Below are positions 30,464 through 40,362 of a DNA stretch of 64,000 nucleotides, piece by piece. Position numbers and translations under genes: made by a program. Every line of letters starts with the position of its first letter. Position 1 is the stretch's first letter. The notes below the pieces were generated by a model, which was given only the letters and a program-made list of their open reading frames with translations, made no database searches and was not told where the DNA came from. This stretch comes from a virus (lineage: Duplodnaviria; Caudoviricetes): the IMG/VR virus record IMGVR_UViG_3300028048_003161. One strand, given 5' to 3'.

Positions 30464-31381
30464 ATGAAAATACATTTGATTTTTGATTTTATGCATATCT
30501 ATTACAAGTACTTTTTCAGAAAGGGTTTAAAGAGACTTTCTGCTCCGATTGATTGGAATGGTACTGTAATTGAGAAAGACACTACTTTGATTTTTCATCC
30601 TTTGAGTGATATTGAATCACAGAGAAGAAGTTTTGAGTCACAAGGCAATGATGTGACAGTATCAGTTTGTTTTGATAGTAAGTCACACAGAAATGATAGT
30701 GAGGACTCTGATTATAAGTCAGGTAGAGAACACAGACTTTCTGAAGAGGATATTAAAAACATTGATTATATTAAAGAGAGATTGGCGATTGCTGGACATA
30801 ATACATACAAGTTAGATGGATTTGAGGCAGATGATTTAGTAAATTACATTTGTAATAAATACAAAGATCAGTATGATTATACAGTCATCTTTACAAATGA
30901 TAAAGACTTGATTGTGAATGTGTGTGACAATGTGATTGTTATGAGATACAAGAGCGTTGATGGTGGTTATAATCCTGTAAGACGTGACAATTATGAGTCA
31001 TACTTGGAGCCAGAGTTCAAGGTGTTCATTCCTTACAATGCATTAGGTTTATACCTTGCAACAGTGGGAGATAAGTCAGATCACATTAAGGGCATTAACA
31101 AGTTTGGACCTGTAGCGTTTAAGAAATTGATTACAAAAGTTGCAGCAAAGAATGACGTTAACTGGTCAGAATGCGGAGATTATCACAAGGCATTTGAAGT
31201 AGCTCAAATGTGCAAGGAGTTTTTAACTGATGAACAGTATCAGGATATGATGGACAGCTTTGCATTAGTTGCTAACCTTAAAGTAGAGGATGGGTGGTTA
31301 GAGGCACCTGAAAGAAAATCTACAAGGGAAATGAGAGAAGATGCTTATGGTGGATTAAGGATGATGACTTTAATTCCTTAA
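30464..31381 (+). CDS. stand-alone 5'-3' exonuclease / flap endonuclease (Pol I N-terminal-like)
   Basis: FD, YKSGR, EADD, NDKD, GDKSDHIKGI..FGP (H3TH) motifs. Confidence 0.9.
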   Translation: MKIHLIFDFMHIYYKYFFRKGLKRLSAPIDWNGTVIEKDTTLIFHPLSDIESQRRSFESQGNDVTVSVCFDSKSHRNDSEDSDYKSGREHRLSEEDIKNIDYIKERLAIAGHNTYKLDGFEADDLVNYICNKYKDQYDYTVIFTNDKDLIVNVCDNVIVMRYKSVDGGYNPVRRDNYESYLEPEFKVFIPYNALGLYLATVGDKSDHIKGINKFGPVAFKKLITKVAAKNDVNWSECGDYHKAFEVAQMCKEFLTDEQYQDMMDSFALVANLKVEDGWLEAPERKSTREMREDAYGGLRMMTLIP

Positions 31382-31554
31382 GTTGAGCAGTGACAATAAA
31401 GGACTTGCAGGTAGGATAACTAGTGATGGGCATTTGAGCTGGTTATCCTATTTTCTTGCAGATATGGCATATTTGCTGACTAGTTTACATATATTTGGAC
31501 ATATGACTCAATATAAATAATAATTTATATTATAAATTAAGGGGTGAATGAGGC

Positions 31555-32529
31555 ATGGAAGCAAATATCAACAGTCAGTTACTAAATATGGGGTTCACAC
31601 AGAATGAAATTAATTACTATGAATATGTTGTAAGCAACAATGGCAAAATTACGCCTCAAGCTTTACAGAGTTACGGTTTATCATTTGGTGAGGCAAAAAG
31701 ACTTACCTATATGAAAAAGATACTTACAGGTGCAGTTAGTATACAGTCAGAAAGTGACATGATCACTCATGTTAAAAATATGACAGGTACAAGCAGACAG
31801 AATGCAAAAGATTATGTTTATCAGCAAAACTTAATGAATGGTTATGCACAGAATCATTATAGTAAGGATGAACTTATTAAGCACCTGAAAGAGACTAATG
31901 GGCGTAAGAGAAAAATTCGTATACAGGACTTAAAAGTGAGTACAGTCACTACAGTACCTAATGTTGCAGTGGTTGCAGGCATCAATATTGAACCTTTTAC
32001 AATTTGGAATAGTAAGCAGTACAGTGGAAAAGATATGTTATATCCTGTAGCAAAAGTAAGTGGACAGAATATAACAATAGAGACAAGTAAGAAACCTAAG
32101 TTGGAATATGGACAAAATAAAGAGATACCTGGAATGCTGAAAATACTTGGTGTGAGAAATAATGGGCATGTAGTAGTAACATTCAATAGGAAATATTGTG
32201 CATTATGTAACAGATACATCATTGTTGCATCTTTGAGAAATCCTCAATTTCATTTAGGTAAGCATGAGATTGTATGCTTTGAAGGCACTAAGATCTATGT
32301 TTATGCAGTAAACATGGGAACTAGAGACAAAGTAGGATATGCAGGTGGCAATAAGAGAATTTATGCATATGGAATTTTCCCTGGTGACATAAGATCAAAA
32401 TTGGACAACGTAGCAAAGAGAATATATGGACAACTTGGTGGAGTTTGTTCAGCATATTACGAGGCTAATTCAGGCTATAATATTATAGATAAGGAGAAGA
32501 AAGAGGATATACCTAACGTAGAGGTATAA
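31555..32529 (+). CDS. hypothetical protein
   Basis: 324-aa ORF after AT-rich leader. Confidence 0.7.
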   Translation: MEANINSQLLNMGFTQNEINYYEYVVSNNGKITPQALQSYGLSFGEAKRLTYMKKILTGAVSIQSESDMITHVKNMTGTSRQNAKDYVYQQNLMNGYAQNHYSKDELIKHLKETNGRKRKIRIQDLKVSTVTTVPNVAVVAGINIEPFTIWNSKQYSGKDMLYPVAKVSGQNITIETSKKPKLEYGQNKEIPGMLKILGVRNNGHVVVTFNRKYCALCNRYIIVASLRNPQFHLGKHEIVCFEGTKIYVYAVNMGTRDKVGYAGGNKRIYAYGIFPGDIRSKLDNVAKRIYGQLGGVCSAYYEANSGYNIIDKEKKEDIPNVEV

Positions 32530-32539
32530 GGATAGACAA

Positions 32540-33259
32540 ATGAGAAGGATAGTTACTCTTAAGTATAATAATGATGATACAATAAATATAATAGGAGATG
32601 CAAGTGCAGATGTACTGATTGCACAGGCTATTAAGTTGTCACCAAGGTTACTAGGAGATAGGGCATTGTATATTACAGAGGATCTTGAGTTTGTGAAAGA
32701 ACAAGATCTGGATAGTAGCATTAGGATTGCAAGTAAACCTAAGAGAAAATTCATGGTATCATTTATAATGGATAATGTGGTGCAAGTGGTTAAGGTTTGT
32801 AGCGATAGTCCTGTTGGAGCATGTCATAAGGTCAGAATCAAGTACAGTGTAGAAATACCTGGCATAGCAATTGTTTATGAGTTTGATCAAGAGAAAAATA
32901 AAATCTCCGTTGATAGTATAACAAAGAAGCTTATGTCTGGAGAGATGAGGATTGACAGAGTTTTGAATAAAGCATATAAGCTATTAGGAGAGACACCTGA
33001 ACTTGAGGATTTCAGAGAAGATATAGTGACTATGCTTAACATGATTAGAGACTGTTCAATGGGGATGTACAGTGGTGTTGATAATTACACAATGTTCAAT
33101 ATGATCAGTGCAGTGGTTTATTTTGTAGATCCTGTGAATGTACATAACTATAAAATACTTGGCAGTAAGGAAAACTTAAAATACATTGTTTTAACTTATG
33201 TTACAGTAATTAGGAGATATGATACATTGAGGAAACAGGCAATGATGCATAAGAGTTAA
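32540..33259 (+). CDS. hypothetical protein with degenerate YkvA/DUF1232-like C-terminus
   Basis: MIRD...G.Y......MISAVVYFVDP resembles YkvA motif. Confidence 0.5.
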   Translation: MRRIVTLKYNNDDTINIIGDASADVLIAQAIKLSPRLLGDRALYITEDLEFVKEQDLDSSIRIASKPKRKFMVSFIMDNVVQVVKVCSDSPVGACHKVRIKYSVEIPGIAIVYEFDQEKNKISVDSITKKLMSGEMRIDRVLNKAYKLLGETPELEDFREDIVTMLNMIRDCSMGMYSGVDNYTMFNMISAVVYFVDPVNVHNYKILGSKENLKYIVLTYVTVIRRYDTLRKQAMMHKS

Positions 33260-33365
33260 AGAGTAAGAGAAAAAATTAAAAATAATTTAGTCATTAGGTA
33301 TAAAATGATGCAAGATTATCTACATTTATGTATATAGATGTAGATAATTTAATTTTAGAGAGAAA

Positions 33366-33695
33366 ATGAGGGCGGCGATTAAAATGGTGGACATGGGAGT
33401 AAAGGTACTAAACATTGGAGATAAAATATGGATCAGTGATACTTTTGAGAATGTCACTGGCATGAATAAATATAAGCAGTATGGTTTATTGAATGAGCCT
33501 CAGGAAAGAGTAATAAGGACAATTGACATAAATAAGCATGGCATTGTAATTTATGGAACAGGCAAGGAATCATTCAACAACAGCTTCATTGGACTCAAGA
33601 ATGTGTTCACTAGCAAGACATTAGCAAAGATAGACAATATGCAAAGGAGGATTAAACATGAGAAAATGGTTGCTGGGCAAACTTGGAGTATTTAA
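33366..33695 (+). CDS. hypothetical protein (phage-like)
   Basis: IGDKIW...VF.SK..A pattern common in small phage proteins. Confidence 0.6.
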   Translation: MRAAIKMVDMGVKVLNIGDKIWISDTFENVTGMNKYKQYGLLNEPQERVIRTIDINKHGIVIYGTGKESFNNSFIGLKNVFTSKTLAKIDNMQRRIKHEKMVAGQTWSI

Positions 33696-33696
33696 G

Positions 33697-33816
33697 TTGC
33701 GTAACAAAGCAGAGATGCAGGTACTTACAGAGTTAGAGAGCTGTGGTAAGTTTAGTATTGAGCAGCTTGATTATATTGCAAGCAGTGTAAAGAAAGGATT
33801 TGGACAGATAAAATGA
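33697..33816 (+). CDS. 39-aa small ORF (below ORF-track cutoff)
   Basis: GGAG RBS, TTG start, MRNKAEMQVL...GQIK, stop overlaps next ATG (ATGA). Confidence 0.45.
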   Translation: MRNKAEMQVLTELESCGKFSIEQLDYIASSVKKGFGQIK

Positions 33817-34145
33817 GAAGATCAGACATATTGATAGAGGGGTTTGATAACATTGAGAAGTTGTGTCAGTACCTTTATATGAGTGAAGATCATAAGATCA
33901 ATGTTAAAAACAGCATTGGAGTTCCTTTAGAAGTCAGAATGGATGAAAATATGAGATTCAAGGTAAAAAACCTGAACTTTCCTGATTGTCCAGAGACATA
34001 TAATGATTTAACATTTGAGTCATTATTAGGGATTGTTGATCAGTTAAAAGAGCAGGATGCAGTTGAATACCCTGACAGGTTTGATAACAGATGGCAGGAG
34101 ATTAGTGAAATGACAGCAATGAATTTATCACTTAACATTCATTAG
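33813..34145 (+). CDS. hypothetical protein
   Basis: 110-aa ORF in operon. Confidence 0.65.
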   Translation: MRRSDILIEGFDNIEKLCQYLYMSEDHKINVKNSIGVPLEVRMDENMRFKVKNLNFPDCPETYNDLTFESLLGIVDQLKEQDAVEYPDRFDNRWQEISEMTAMNLSLNIH

Positions 34146-34232
34146 AGAAAGAATTAGCATTGGTAGAAAGTTGAATAAGCAGGACAAATAAAGAGTTGGA
34201 CAGGACAAATAAAGAAAGGACATATAAAGAAA

Positions 34233-34682
34233 ATGAAGAGACCTAGCAAAGACAAATATTACTTAGGAATTGCAGAAGCAACACTGGAGAGAAGCACTTG
34301 TTTAAGGAGACATTATGGTGCAGTGATTGTCAAGAATGATCAGATTGTTAGCACTGGTTATAATGGATCACCTCGTGGAGAGGATAACTGCTGTGACATT
34401 GGTTATTGTGAAAGAGAGGCACAGGGAGTAGCAAAGGGTGAGCGCTATGAGTTGTGTGTAGCCATTCATGCAGAGGACAATGCAATTATGAATGGTGGTA
34501 GAGAGCATGTCAAAGGTGGTACAATGTACATTGTTGGTAAGGAATGCAGTGATGGTTCATATGCTAATCCTTGTCCTTGTATGATGTGTCGTAGAAAGAT
34601 TGTAAATGCAGGCATTTCTAGGGTAGTAGGTTTATTTCAGGATGGAAGCATCAAGGAAATCGACTTCAGCACTCATGGTTAA
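34233..34682 (+). CDS. dCMP deaminase (ComEB-like)
   Basis: RSTC.RR..GAVIV, GYNG.P, HAE, PCMMC zinc motifs. Confidence 0.92.
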   Translation: MKRPSKDKYYLGIAEATLERSTCLRRHYGAVIVKNDQIVSTGYNGSPRGEDNCCDIGYCEREAQGVAKGERYELCVAIHAEDNAIMNGGREHVKGGTMYIVGKECSDGSYANPCPCMMCRRKIVNAGISRVVGLFQDGSIKEIDFSTHG

Positions 34683-34742
34683 AGAGATTAACATAGAATA
34701 ATTAAGTGGTTTAGCAAATAGAAATTAGTGGAGGACATAAAA

Positions 34743-36059
34743 ATGGCAGAGTTAAACGTTGAAGATAAGATGGTGCGTACAACAGTTAAGCTTAGATTAA
34801 AGATTAGTTCATTCTATTCTGCAATCTACAGTTCACTTAGTCATAACGAAAGTGACATGGTTGAGAAAATGGAGTTCTGTGGTAAAAATATGTATTACAA
34901 TCCTAAATATATTGAGGCACTTGAATCTGATGAGGTTACATTTGAGGCAATGCATTTAGCAGTTCATATTGGTTTATTGCACGTAGTCAGACTTGCAAGA
35001 AAGAAGCAAACACGTAAGTCTGTAAACTACAAACTGTTTAATATCGCATGTGATCTTATTGCGAATTCCTTACTCTATGAGGAATTTGGGGTTGGACCTG
35101 AAAGACCTGTAACATACATTAAGATGCCTAAGGGCGAGTTCTTCTGTTCTACAGTAAGTGTTGATACAGACACTGTAGAGGACTTATATGAGTATATGTT
35201 GTCACAAATGGACAATGATAAGGACTTTATTACTGTTAGAGGTAAAAAGCAACTTTCTGATTATGACAATATGCAGAATTATGCTGAACTTAAGATTGAT
35301 AAAAAAGACATTGAAAATTATACACCTGACATCAATACTACAGAGATGTCTGATGGAGTTGCAGATGCAGACGCTGTTGAGAGACAGTCACGACAGATGT
35401 TAAATGCAGCTTACATGAAGAGTAAGATGATGGGCGATGGTGCTCAGGCAGGAGTTGGTGGAGTTGGTTTAGCACGAGAAGTTGGTAAGATCATGTCAAG
35501 TCATATGGATTGGCGTAAGTATCTTAAGAGATTCTGTATCAAAATGAAAGAATCAGAGGCTTCATTTGCTACACCTGACAAAAGAATGTATTACCAGAGT
35601 TTAATCTATCCTGGACATAGTAAGAAATTAAGTAATGAGATTGACAACGTTAAGATTTGTTTTGATACCAGTGGTTCTATTTCAGAGGACGATCTGGGAA
35701 GATTTCTTGGACAGGTACTAAAGCTGACTACACAGTATAAAGTAGATGCTGATCTTATTTGTTGGGATGGGGATGTTGAGTCAGTAACAAACCTTAACAA
35801 GAAATCAACATTGAAAAACAATAAGATGTACGGTGGTGGAGGTACGGATCCTTCATGTATCTTTAGATACTTCGACTCACCTGCTTGTAAGCGTAAACCT
35901 TATGTGACAATCATCTTCACAGATGGTTATATCCTTGAAGAAGGACTGAATAACCCTTCTTGGGGTCGTAAGTACAAGGATACACTTTGGGTATTAACAA
36001 AAGATTACAATAGAGATTTTCGACCTCCATTTGGAAAAGTGACAGAGGTTGAGCAGTAG
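34743..36059 (+). CDS. DUF2201-like metallopeptidase-vWA protein (HExxH altered to HLAVH)
   Basis: YNP..., HLAVH...H..R, NIACD...N, DW...L, vWA DTSGS, GGGTD, IFTDG. Confidence 0.8.
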   Translation: MAELNVEDKMVRTTVKLRLKISSFYSAIYSSLSHNESDMVEKMEFCGKNMYYNPKYIEALESDEVTFEAMHLAVHIGLLHVVRLARKKQTRKSVNYKLFNIACDLIANSLLYEEFGVGPERPVTYIKMPKGEFFCSTVSVDTDTVEDLYEYMLSQMDNDKDFITVRGKKQLSDYDNMQNYAELKIDKKDIENYTPDINTTEMSDGVADADAVERQSRQMLNAAYMKSKMMGDGAQAGVGGVGLAREVGKIMSSHMDWRKYLKRFCIKMKESEASFATPDKRMYYQSLIYPGHSKKLSNEIDNVKICFDTSGSISEDDLGRFLGQVLKLTTQYKVDADLICWDGDVESVTNLNKKSTLKNNKMYGGGGTDPSCIFRYFDSPACKRKPYVTIIFTDGYILEEGLNNPSWGRKYKDTLWVLTKDYNRDFRPPFGKVTEVEQ

Positions 36060-36075
36060 AAAGGATAAACAGTTG

Positions 36076-36121
36076 AAATGAGAGTTTGACAAATAGAAAA
36101 ATGAGTTAAACTCTCATTTTT
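36076..36121 (+). terminator. rho-independent terminator
   Basis: aaatgagagttt...aaactctcattttt. Confidence 0.7.
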
Positions 36122-36128
36122 AATTTTA

Positions 36129-36533
36129 ATGAAAGAGGCAGACAATATGAGTAATGTTAGGATCAAGAGAGATAAATTAGTTTATACAGTTGAAAAAGTA
36201 ATTGACAATAAAGAAATTAAAAGAGCAGATGAAGTAGAGGAAGTACACAGTAAGTTTAATGATACAGTGATAAAGATCTATTATTTTCGTGCAAAGACAG
36301 GGGAGAATGGAGATTATGCAGTGATTCACAATACACATACAGGTAAAATATTAAGGGTGTACAATTGTACTAAGGTATATGTGCAGGAAGAGTATATCAA
36401 TTGGACATTAACTAAAATGTCAGACAATAGTATTTGGTACTTCAACTCTAAAAATTTCAGAAAGCGTTGGTTTGCTAATTTAGTAGAAAGTAGGAATTGG
36501 CATAGAAAAATGAAGAACAGACATAGTAACTAG
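36129..36533 (+). CDS. hypothetical protein
   Basis: ORF with GAGG RBS before internal ATG. Confidence 0.6.
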   Translation: MKEADNMSNVRIKRDKLVYTVEKVIDNKEIKRADEVEEVHSKFNDTVIKIYYFRAKTGENGDYAVIHNTHTGKILRVYNCTKVYVQEEYINWTLTKMSDNSIWYFNSKNFRKRWFANLVESRNWHRKMKNRHSN

Positions 36534-36716
36534 ACAGTGGTGAAAAATTGTGGTATGCATTGTAGGTTCTAACATATTTTAATAATTTGGTTTGTTGATG
36601 ACAAATGAAAGGTTAGGTGTCATAAATTGAATAAACTAACGAAAATTGGCAATAATAACAGTGATAGTGTAATCTACATAGATTTACTATTAAGGAATGC
36701 AGTCGTACAATCGTGG

Positions 36717-36780
36717 GGTATGCATTAGCGAAAAATTGGGTTCGACATATGGTTTCAAAAAATTAAAATTTTTCGAGGTT
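36717..36780 (+). repeat. dispersed intergenic repeat, copy B
   Basis: ggtatgcattagcgaaaaattgggttcgacatatggtttcaaaaaattaaaatttttcgaggtt aligns to 4622-4687. Confidence 0.7.
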
Positions 36781-36889
36781 TTAATAAGCATTGGAAAATT
36801 AAACGACATTCGATATGCATTCAAAATTGAAATAGAGTTTCAGAAATGAAAAAGTACATAGTAAAGTGTATGATGGAGGCATAGAGAAT

Positions 36890-37162
36890 ATGGTAAAGCA
36901 GAGTAAAAGTAATGAGGCATATGATAGAGCATTGGATCTAATTAGTAAGTTCATGACTAATAGAGAGTACTGCACTGATATTGACTATGAAGCATTAGTG
37001 GTATTATTAGATGGTTTAACGGACATTATGTCTGAAAACAATAAGGCACTAATAAAAGAGCTATTGCAGTTGAGTGGTTTGGACAAGGATGTAAGTTTGG
37101 CAGCTGACAGAATAATTAAGCATGGAGGAAAATTAAATGGGCAATACAATAAGCATGAATAA
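36890..37162 (+). CDS. hypothetical protein
   Basis: GGAGG RBS before ATG 36890. Confidence 0.6.
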   Translation: MVKQSKSNEAYDRALDLISKFMTNREYCTDIDYEALVVLLDGLTDIMSENNKALIKELLQLSGLDKDVSLAADRIIKHGGKLNGQYNKHE

Positions 37163-37649
37163 CATAGGAATGAAGTTAATTGCACCTGATGGTACTTATG
37201 ATATCATTAAAGTAATTGCAGATACAGATGAATTATGGGAAGAGGTCAGGTCTAGAAATTCAGGAGAGAATAAGTATAATTACAGATACATACTTGACAA
37301 TAGAATTACTTCTAATATAGAAGTTGTGACAGAAGAGACTGGGGATTGTGCAAGGGTTGTTTATGATTATGCATTTACAGGAATGGAAGGTTACCTTGTA
37401 CAACTTGTGGAGGTACTAGATAATAGTGAGAGTGACAGTGTAGTTGAAGGAGTTGCATTGACAGATGCATTTCTTATAGGAGCATGCATTGAGGAATTAA
37501 AGAAATGCAGTGGCGTAAAAGAGTCAGAAAATGGTAGAATGAAGATTGAGCATGGAGATTGGAGTGTTACATTTTTCAGGCATAAGTTAATTAAGATTGG
37601 TGCAGCTGCTAAATCAATAGTACATATTGAATTTGAAGCAATGCAGTAG
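37137..37649 (+). CDS. hypothetical protein
   Basis: GGAGG RBS, overlaps previous gene. Confidence 0.65.
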   Translation: MGNTISMNNIGMKLIAPDGTYDIIKVIADTDELWEEVRSRNSGENKYNYRYILDNRITSNIEVVTEETGDCARVVYDYAFTGMEGYLVQLVEVLDNSESDSVVEGVALTDAFLIGACIEELKKCSGVKESENGRMKIEHGDWSVTFFRHKLIKIGAAAKSIVHIEFEAMQ

Positions 37650-37734
37650 AAAGTTAAACAATGGACATGGTTATAGTCATTGAAAATATAATAAATAAAT
37701 TTTTATTATTTTATTATTTTTTAGGGGTGTAAAC

Positions 37735-37989
37735 ATGAGCATTGGTTTATCAGAGATAATACTTATTGGTTTAATAGTATTAGCATTGTTCAAACCTGAG
37801 AAACTTAAAGAATATGCAAGAGCATTAGGAAAAGCACTTAGGTACTTAAAGGATGAAAAAGAGAAGATTGATGATAGTGTTATAACACCTGTAAAAGAAG
37901 CAATGGAGCCTGTAACTGATATCAAGAAAGACATTGATGAGACAGTTGGAAGCATTAAGGATACATTGACAGCAGATAATAAAAAATGA
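37735..37989 (+). CDS. tatB: TatA/TatB-family protein (TatB-like)
   Basis: IG.SEI..I....L.LF.PEKL...AR.LGK..R..K: short TM plus amphipathic helix; hinge Gly replaced by Lys. Confidence 0.8.
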   Translation: MSIGLSEIILIGLIVLALFKPEKLKEYARALGKALRYLKDEKEKIDDSVITPVKEAMEPVTDIKKDIDETVGSIKDTLTADNKK

Positions 37990-38023
37990 AAAGAACAAAT
38001 GATTATAGGAGGATAACATTATC

Positions 38024-38212
38024 ATGGGTACAGGAATTTTTGAGATTTTTCTGGTTGTTTTGGTAATATTTCTGTTTGTGGGACCTAAGCAGTTGCCAAA
38101 GTTGACAAGAGCAGTGAAAGATTCAATTCACGAGATCAAAGACGAAGTAGGCAAGGATAAAGAAAAGTCAGACAGTGAAGATGAGGAAGAGGACAGTAAG
38201 AAAGAGGCATAG
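38024..38212 (+). CDS. tatA: TatA-family protein
   Basis: G..EI..V......F.GPKQLPKL.R....SI.E.K then charged tail. Confidence 0.85.
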   Translation: MGTGIFEIFLVVLVIFLFVGPKQLPKLTRAVKDSIHEIKDEVGKDKEKSDSEDEEEDSKKEA

Positions 38213-38226
38213 GAGCGGTTGGAGCC

Positions 38227-38973
38227 GTGAAGAGACACAAGAAAAATAAAGATCCTAACAGCTTAACTTTAGGTGAGCATTTAAGAGAACTGAAGAAACG
38301 TGTATTTAGCATATTACTAGCATTTGTTGTAGTATTTATACTAGCCTATGTGAAAAGTGAAAACATATTAGCATTTGTGATGTCTTTAGGTAAAAGGGCA
38401 GGATACACATTTGTATATATTTCACCTCAAGAAGTAATTCTACAGCAGTTAAGAATTGCAGGAGTGTTTTCAATAATTGTGGTATTGCCTTTGATAATTT
38501 ATCACATTGCAAGGTTTGTTTCACCTGTATTTACAAGTAAGCATGCTTTTAGAAAGTTGATACTTATAGGAATTGGAGCAATCCTGTTCTTTGTAGCTGG
38601 TACACTATTCGCTTATAAGGTGTTACTTCCTTTTGTATATCAGTTCTTTTATGGGCTAGGAAATGACTTAGGGATTCAAGCCAATGTATCATTGGATGAA
38701 TATTTGTCATTGTTCTTAACAATTGAAATTTGTTTGGGGGTTGTGACAGAAATGCCTTTAGCTTGTTTGGTTTTAACAAGGGCAGGAGTAATAAATTCAA
38801 CCTTGTTGAAAAAGGGAAGGGTAGTAGCAACAGTGATAATATTCATTGTTGGAGCAATTATAACACCTCCTGATGTGGTTTCACAGTGTATGGTTGCAAT
38901 ACCTATGGTTGGTTTATATCAGTTAAGCATTTGGGTAAGCACTTTAGCAGAAAAGAAAAAGAGAGGTAAGTAA
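38227..38973 (+). CDS. tatC: TatC twin-arginine translocase core subunit with divergent first cytoplasmic loop
   Basis: LGEHLRELKKR, six TM segments, EMP, AIITPPDVVSQ...P...LY. Confidence 0.92.
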   Translation: MKRHKKNKDPNSLTLGEHLRELKKRVFSILLAFVVVFILAYVKSENILAFVMSLGKRAGYTFVYISPQEVILQQLRIAGVFSIIVVLPLIIYHIARFVSPVFTSKHAFRKLILIGIGAILFFVAGTLFAYKVLLPFVYQFFYGLGNDLGIQANVSLDEYLSLFLTIEICLGVVTEMPLACLVLTRAGVINSTLLKKGRVVATVIIFIVGAIITPPDVVSQCMVAIPMVGLYQLSIWVSTLAEKKKRGK

Positions 38974-38976
38974 GAA

Positions 38977-39102
38977 ATGAGTGACAGCACAAAGAAAATT
39001 ACAATTATTGGCACTGGTGCCATAGTTATAGCTGTTATTATTGGTGTAGTTCATACAGTTGCAAAGATTGTTCCTGCTATGGTTGATGATTATGAGGACT
39101 AG
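38977..39102 (+). CDS. 41-aa single-TM protein (below ORF-track cutoff)
   Basis: MSDSTKKITIIGTGAIVIAVIIGVVHTVAKIVPAMVDDYED; GAGG RBS inside tatC end. Confidence 0.6.
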   Translation: MSDSTKKITIIGTGAIVIAVIIGVVHTVAKIVPAMVDDYED

Positions 39103-39150
39103 GAATTATAAAAAGTGAGACAAGTAGTTTATTTTAGGAGGCAGTCAGAA

Positions 39151-39420
39151 ATGAAAGAGGATACAGAGAGTAAAATAACTAGAGCAGAGTTCTTAAAGAA
39201 ATCTGCATTAGGAATGGCTGCTGTAGCACTTGCAGCAAAGTTTGGAACAGGTATTGTTTCAACACCTAGTCCTACACAAAGTAAGAGTAGTGGAGGTACT
39301 TGTGTGAGTGCAGTAGCACCGAGTGATAAGACAGTTGTTTGGATTGACACAGCTCATGGGGGTATTACAAAATATTGGGATGGACATGAGTGGAAACCTA
39401 CAGTTGCTACTTGGGGTTAA
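39151..39420 (+). CDS. small protein with Tat-type signal peptide (single-Arg variant)
   Basis: AGGAGG RBS; ITRAEFLKK then hydrophobic h-region; mature part AP.D..VWID......KYWDG..W....TWG. Confidence 0.75.
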   Translation: MKEDTESKITRAEFLKKSALGMAAVALAAKFGTGIVSTPSPTQSKSSGGTCVSAVAPSDKTVVWIDTAHGGITKYWDGHEWKPTVATWG

Positions 39421-39448
39421 ATAGGAGCATAAGAGTAGAGGTTTTAAC

Positions 39449-40027
39449 ATGAAGGCAAAAAAGGTAAAAGAGTTAAAAAGGAAACTCAAAAATGAACTGC
39501 GTAGAAGAAATGGTTATGGTTCAGTTGCTCATTTAGCTGCTAACAGGTACAACTTTGATGAGCAACCAGAAGATGGTAAGCCAATTAAAGCAGAGCATGG
39601 AGAAAAAACAGTTAATCTATTACTTCAAATAGAGGACATTGAAGGTCTGACAGCAGTCAGGAAAGGTGATCCGATACCTGAAGCTTTTAACGAAAAGCTT
39701 ATTGAAGTTGTAGAAAAGCTTGCAGGAGAAGAAATGAATGGTGAGTCAGAGTTCACTGCAAGAGTGATACATACAAACAAAAAGGCAGAGAGGTCATCTT
39801 GTAGAGCAGAATGTACAGGTTTATGTGTAGGAAGTTGCATAGGGTTTTGCAATGGATGCCATGGTTGTACAGGATGTAGCGGTACTTGTGAGGGTGAACG
39901 TGCAATTACAGGTGCTGAACAGAGAAGAGTGAATAGATGCGTTAGGACAATGAGAACATCAGTTGATAATTCTAATTGGGCAGGAATTAAGGCAGGTATT
40001 TATAATGAAGTAATTAAAAATAAATAA
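39449..40027 (+). CDS. Cys-rich CXXX-repeat protein, putative radical SAM substrate
   Basis: CRAECTGLCVGSCIGFCNGCHGCTGCSGTC (9 Cys, 39800-39889) upstream of a radical SAM gene. Confidence 0.75.
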   Translation: MKAKKVKELKRKLKNELRRRNGYGSVAHLAANRYNFDEQPEDGKPIKAEHGEKTVNLLLQIEDIEGLTAVRKGDPIPEAFNEKLIEVVEKLAGEEMNGESEFTARVIHTNKKAERSSCRAECTGLCVGSCIGFCNGCHGCTGCSGTCEGERAITGAEQRRVNRCVRTMRTSVDNSNWAGIKAGIYNEVIKNK

Positions 40028-40042
40028 TTTTGGAGAAAAATA

Positions 40043-40360
40043 ATGGAGAAACTAGACATTAAAGACAATGGATTGCATGTTTATGATGTACCTGAACGTT
40101 ATCAATATGTAATTAACAGAGGTACATTTGAATTGAGTAAGGCAGCAAGCAATATTGCTTTTATGCTTGACAAACATTTGGATGATCCTGATTGGTTGGA
40201 CAGTGAGTTGTATCAGCAGCTCGAGCATAGGTTGATTGAGACATCAATTAACAACTGGGTTTATACAAATGGTGCATTACTTGCTATGGGAATTGACCCT
40301 GCAAAGTATGCTTGGAAAATAAGCAGAGACTATACAGAAATAGCAGTTCAAAGGAGATAA
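40043..40360 (+). CDS. CXXX-repeat modification system associated protein
   Basis: helical hairpin ending W.I....TEI; similar to each half of 41935-42606. Confidence 0.55.
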   Translation: MEKLDIKDNGLHVYDVPERYQYVINRGTFELSKAASNIAFMLDKHLDDPDWLDSELYQQLEHRLIETSINNWVYTNGALLAMGIDPAKYAWKISRDYTEIAVQRR

Positions 40361-40362
40361 AC

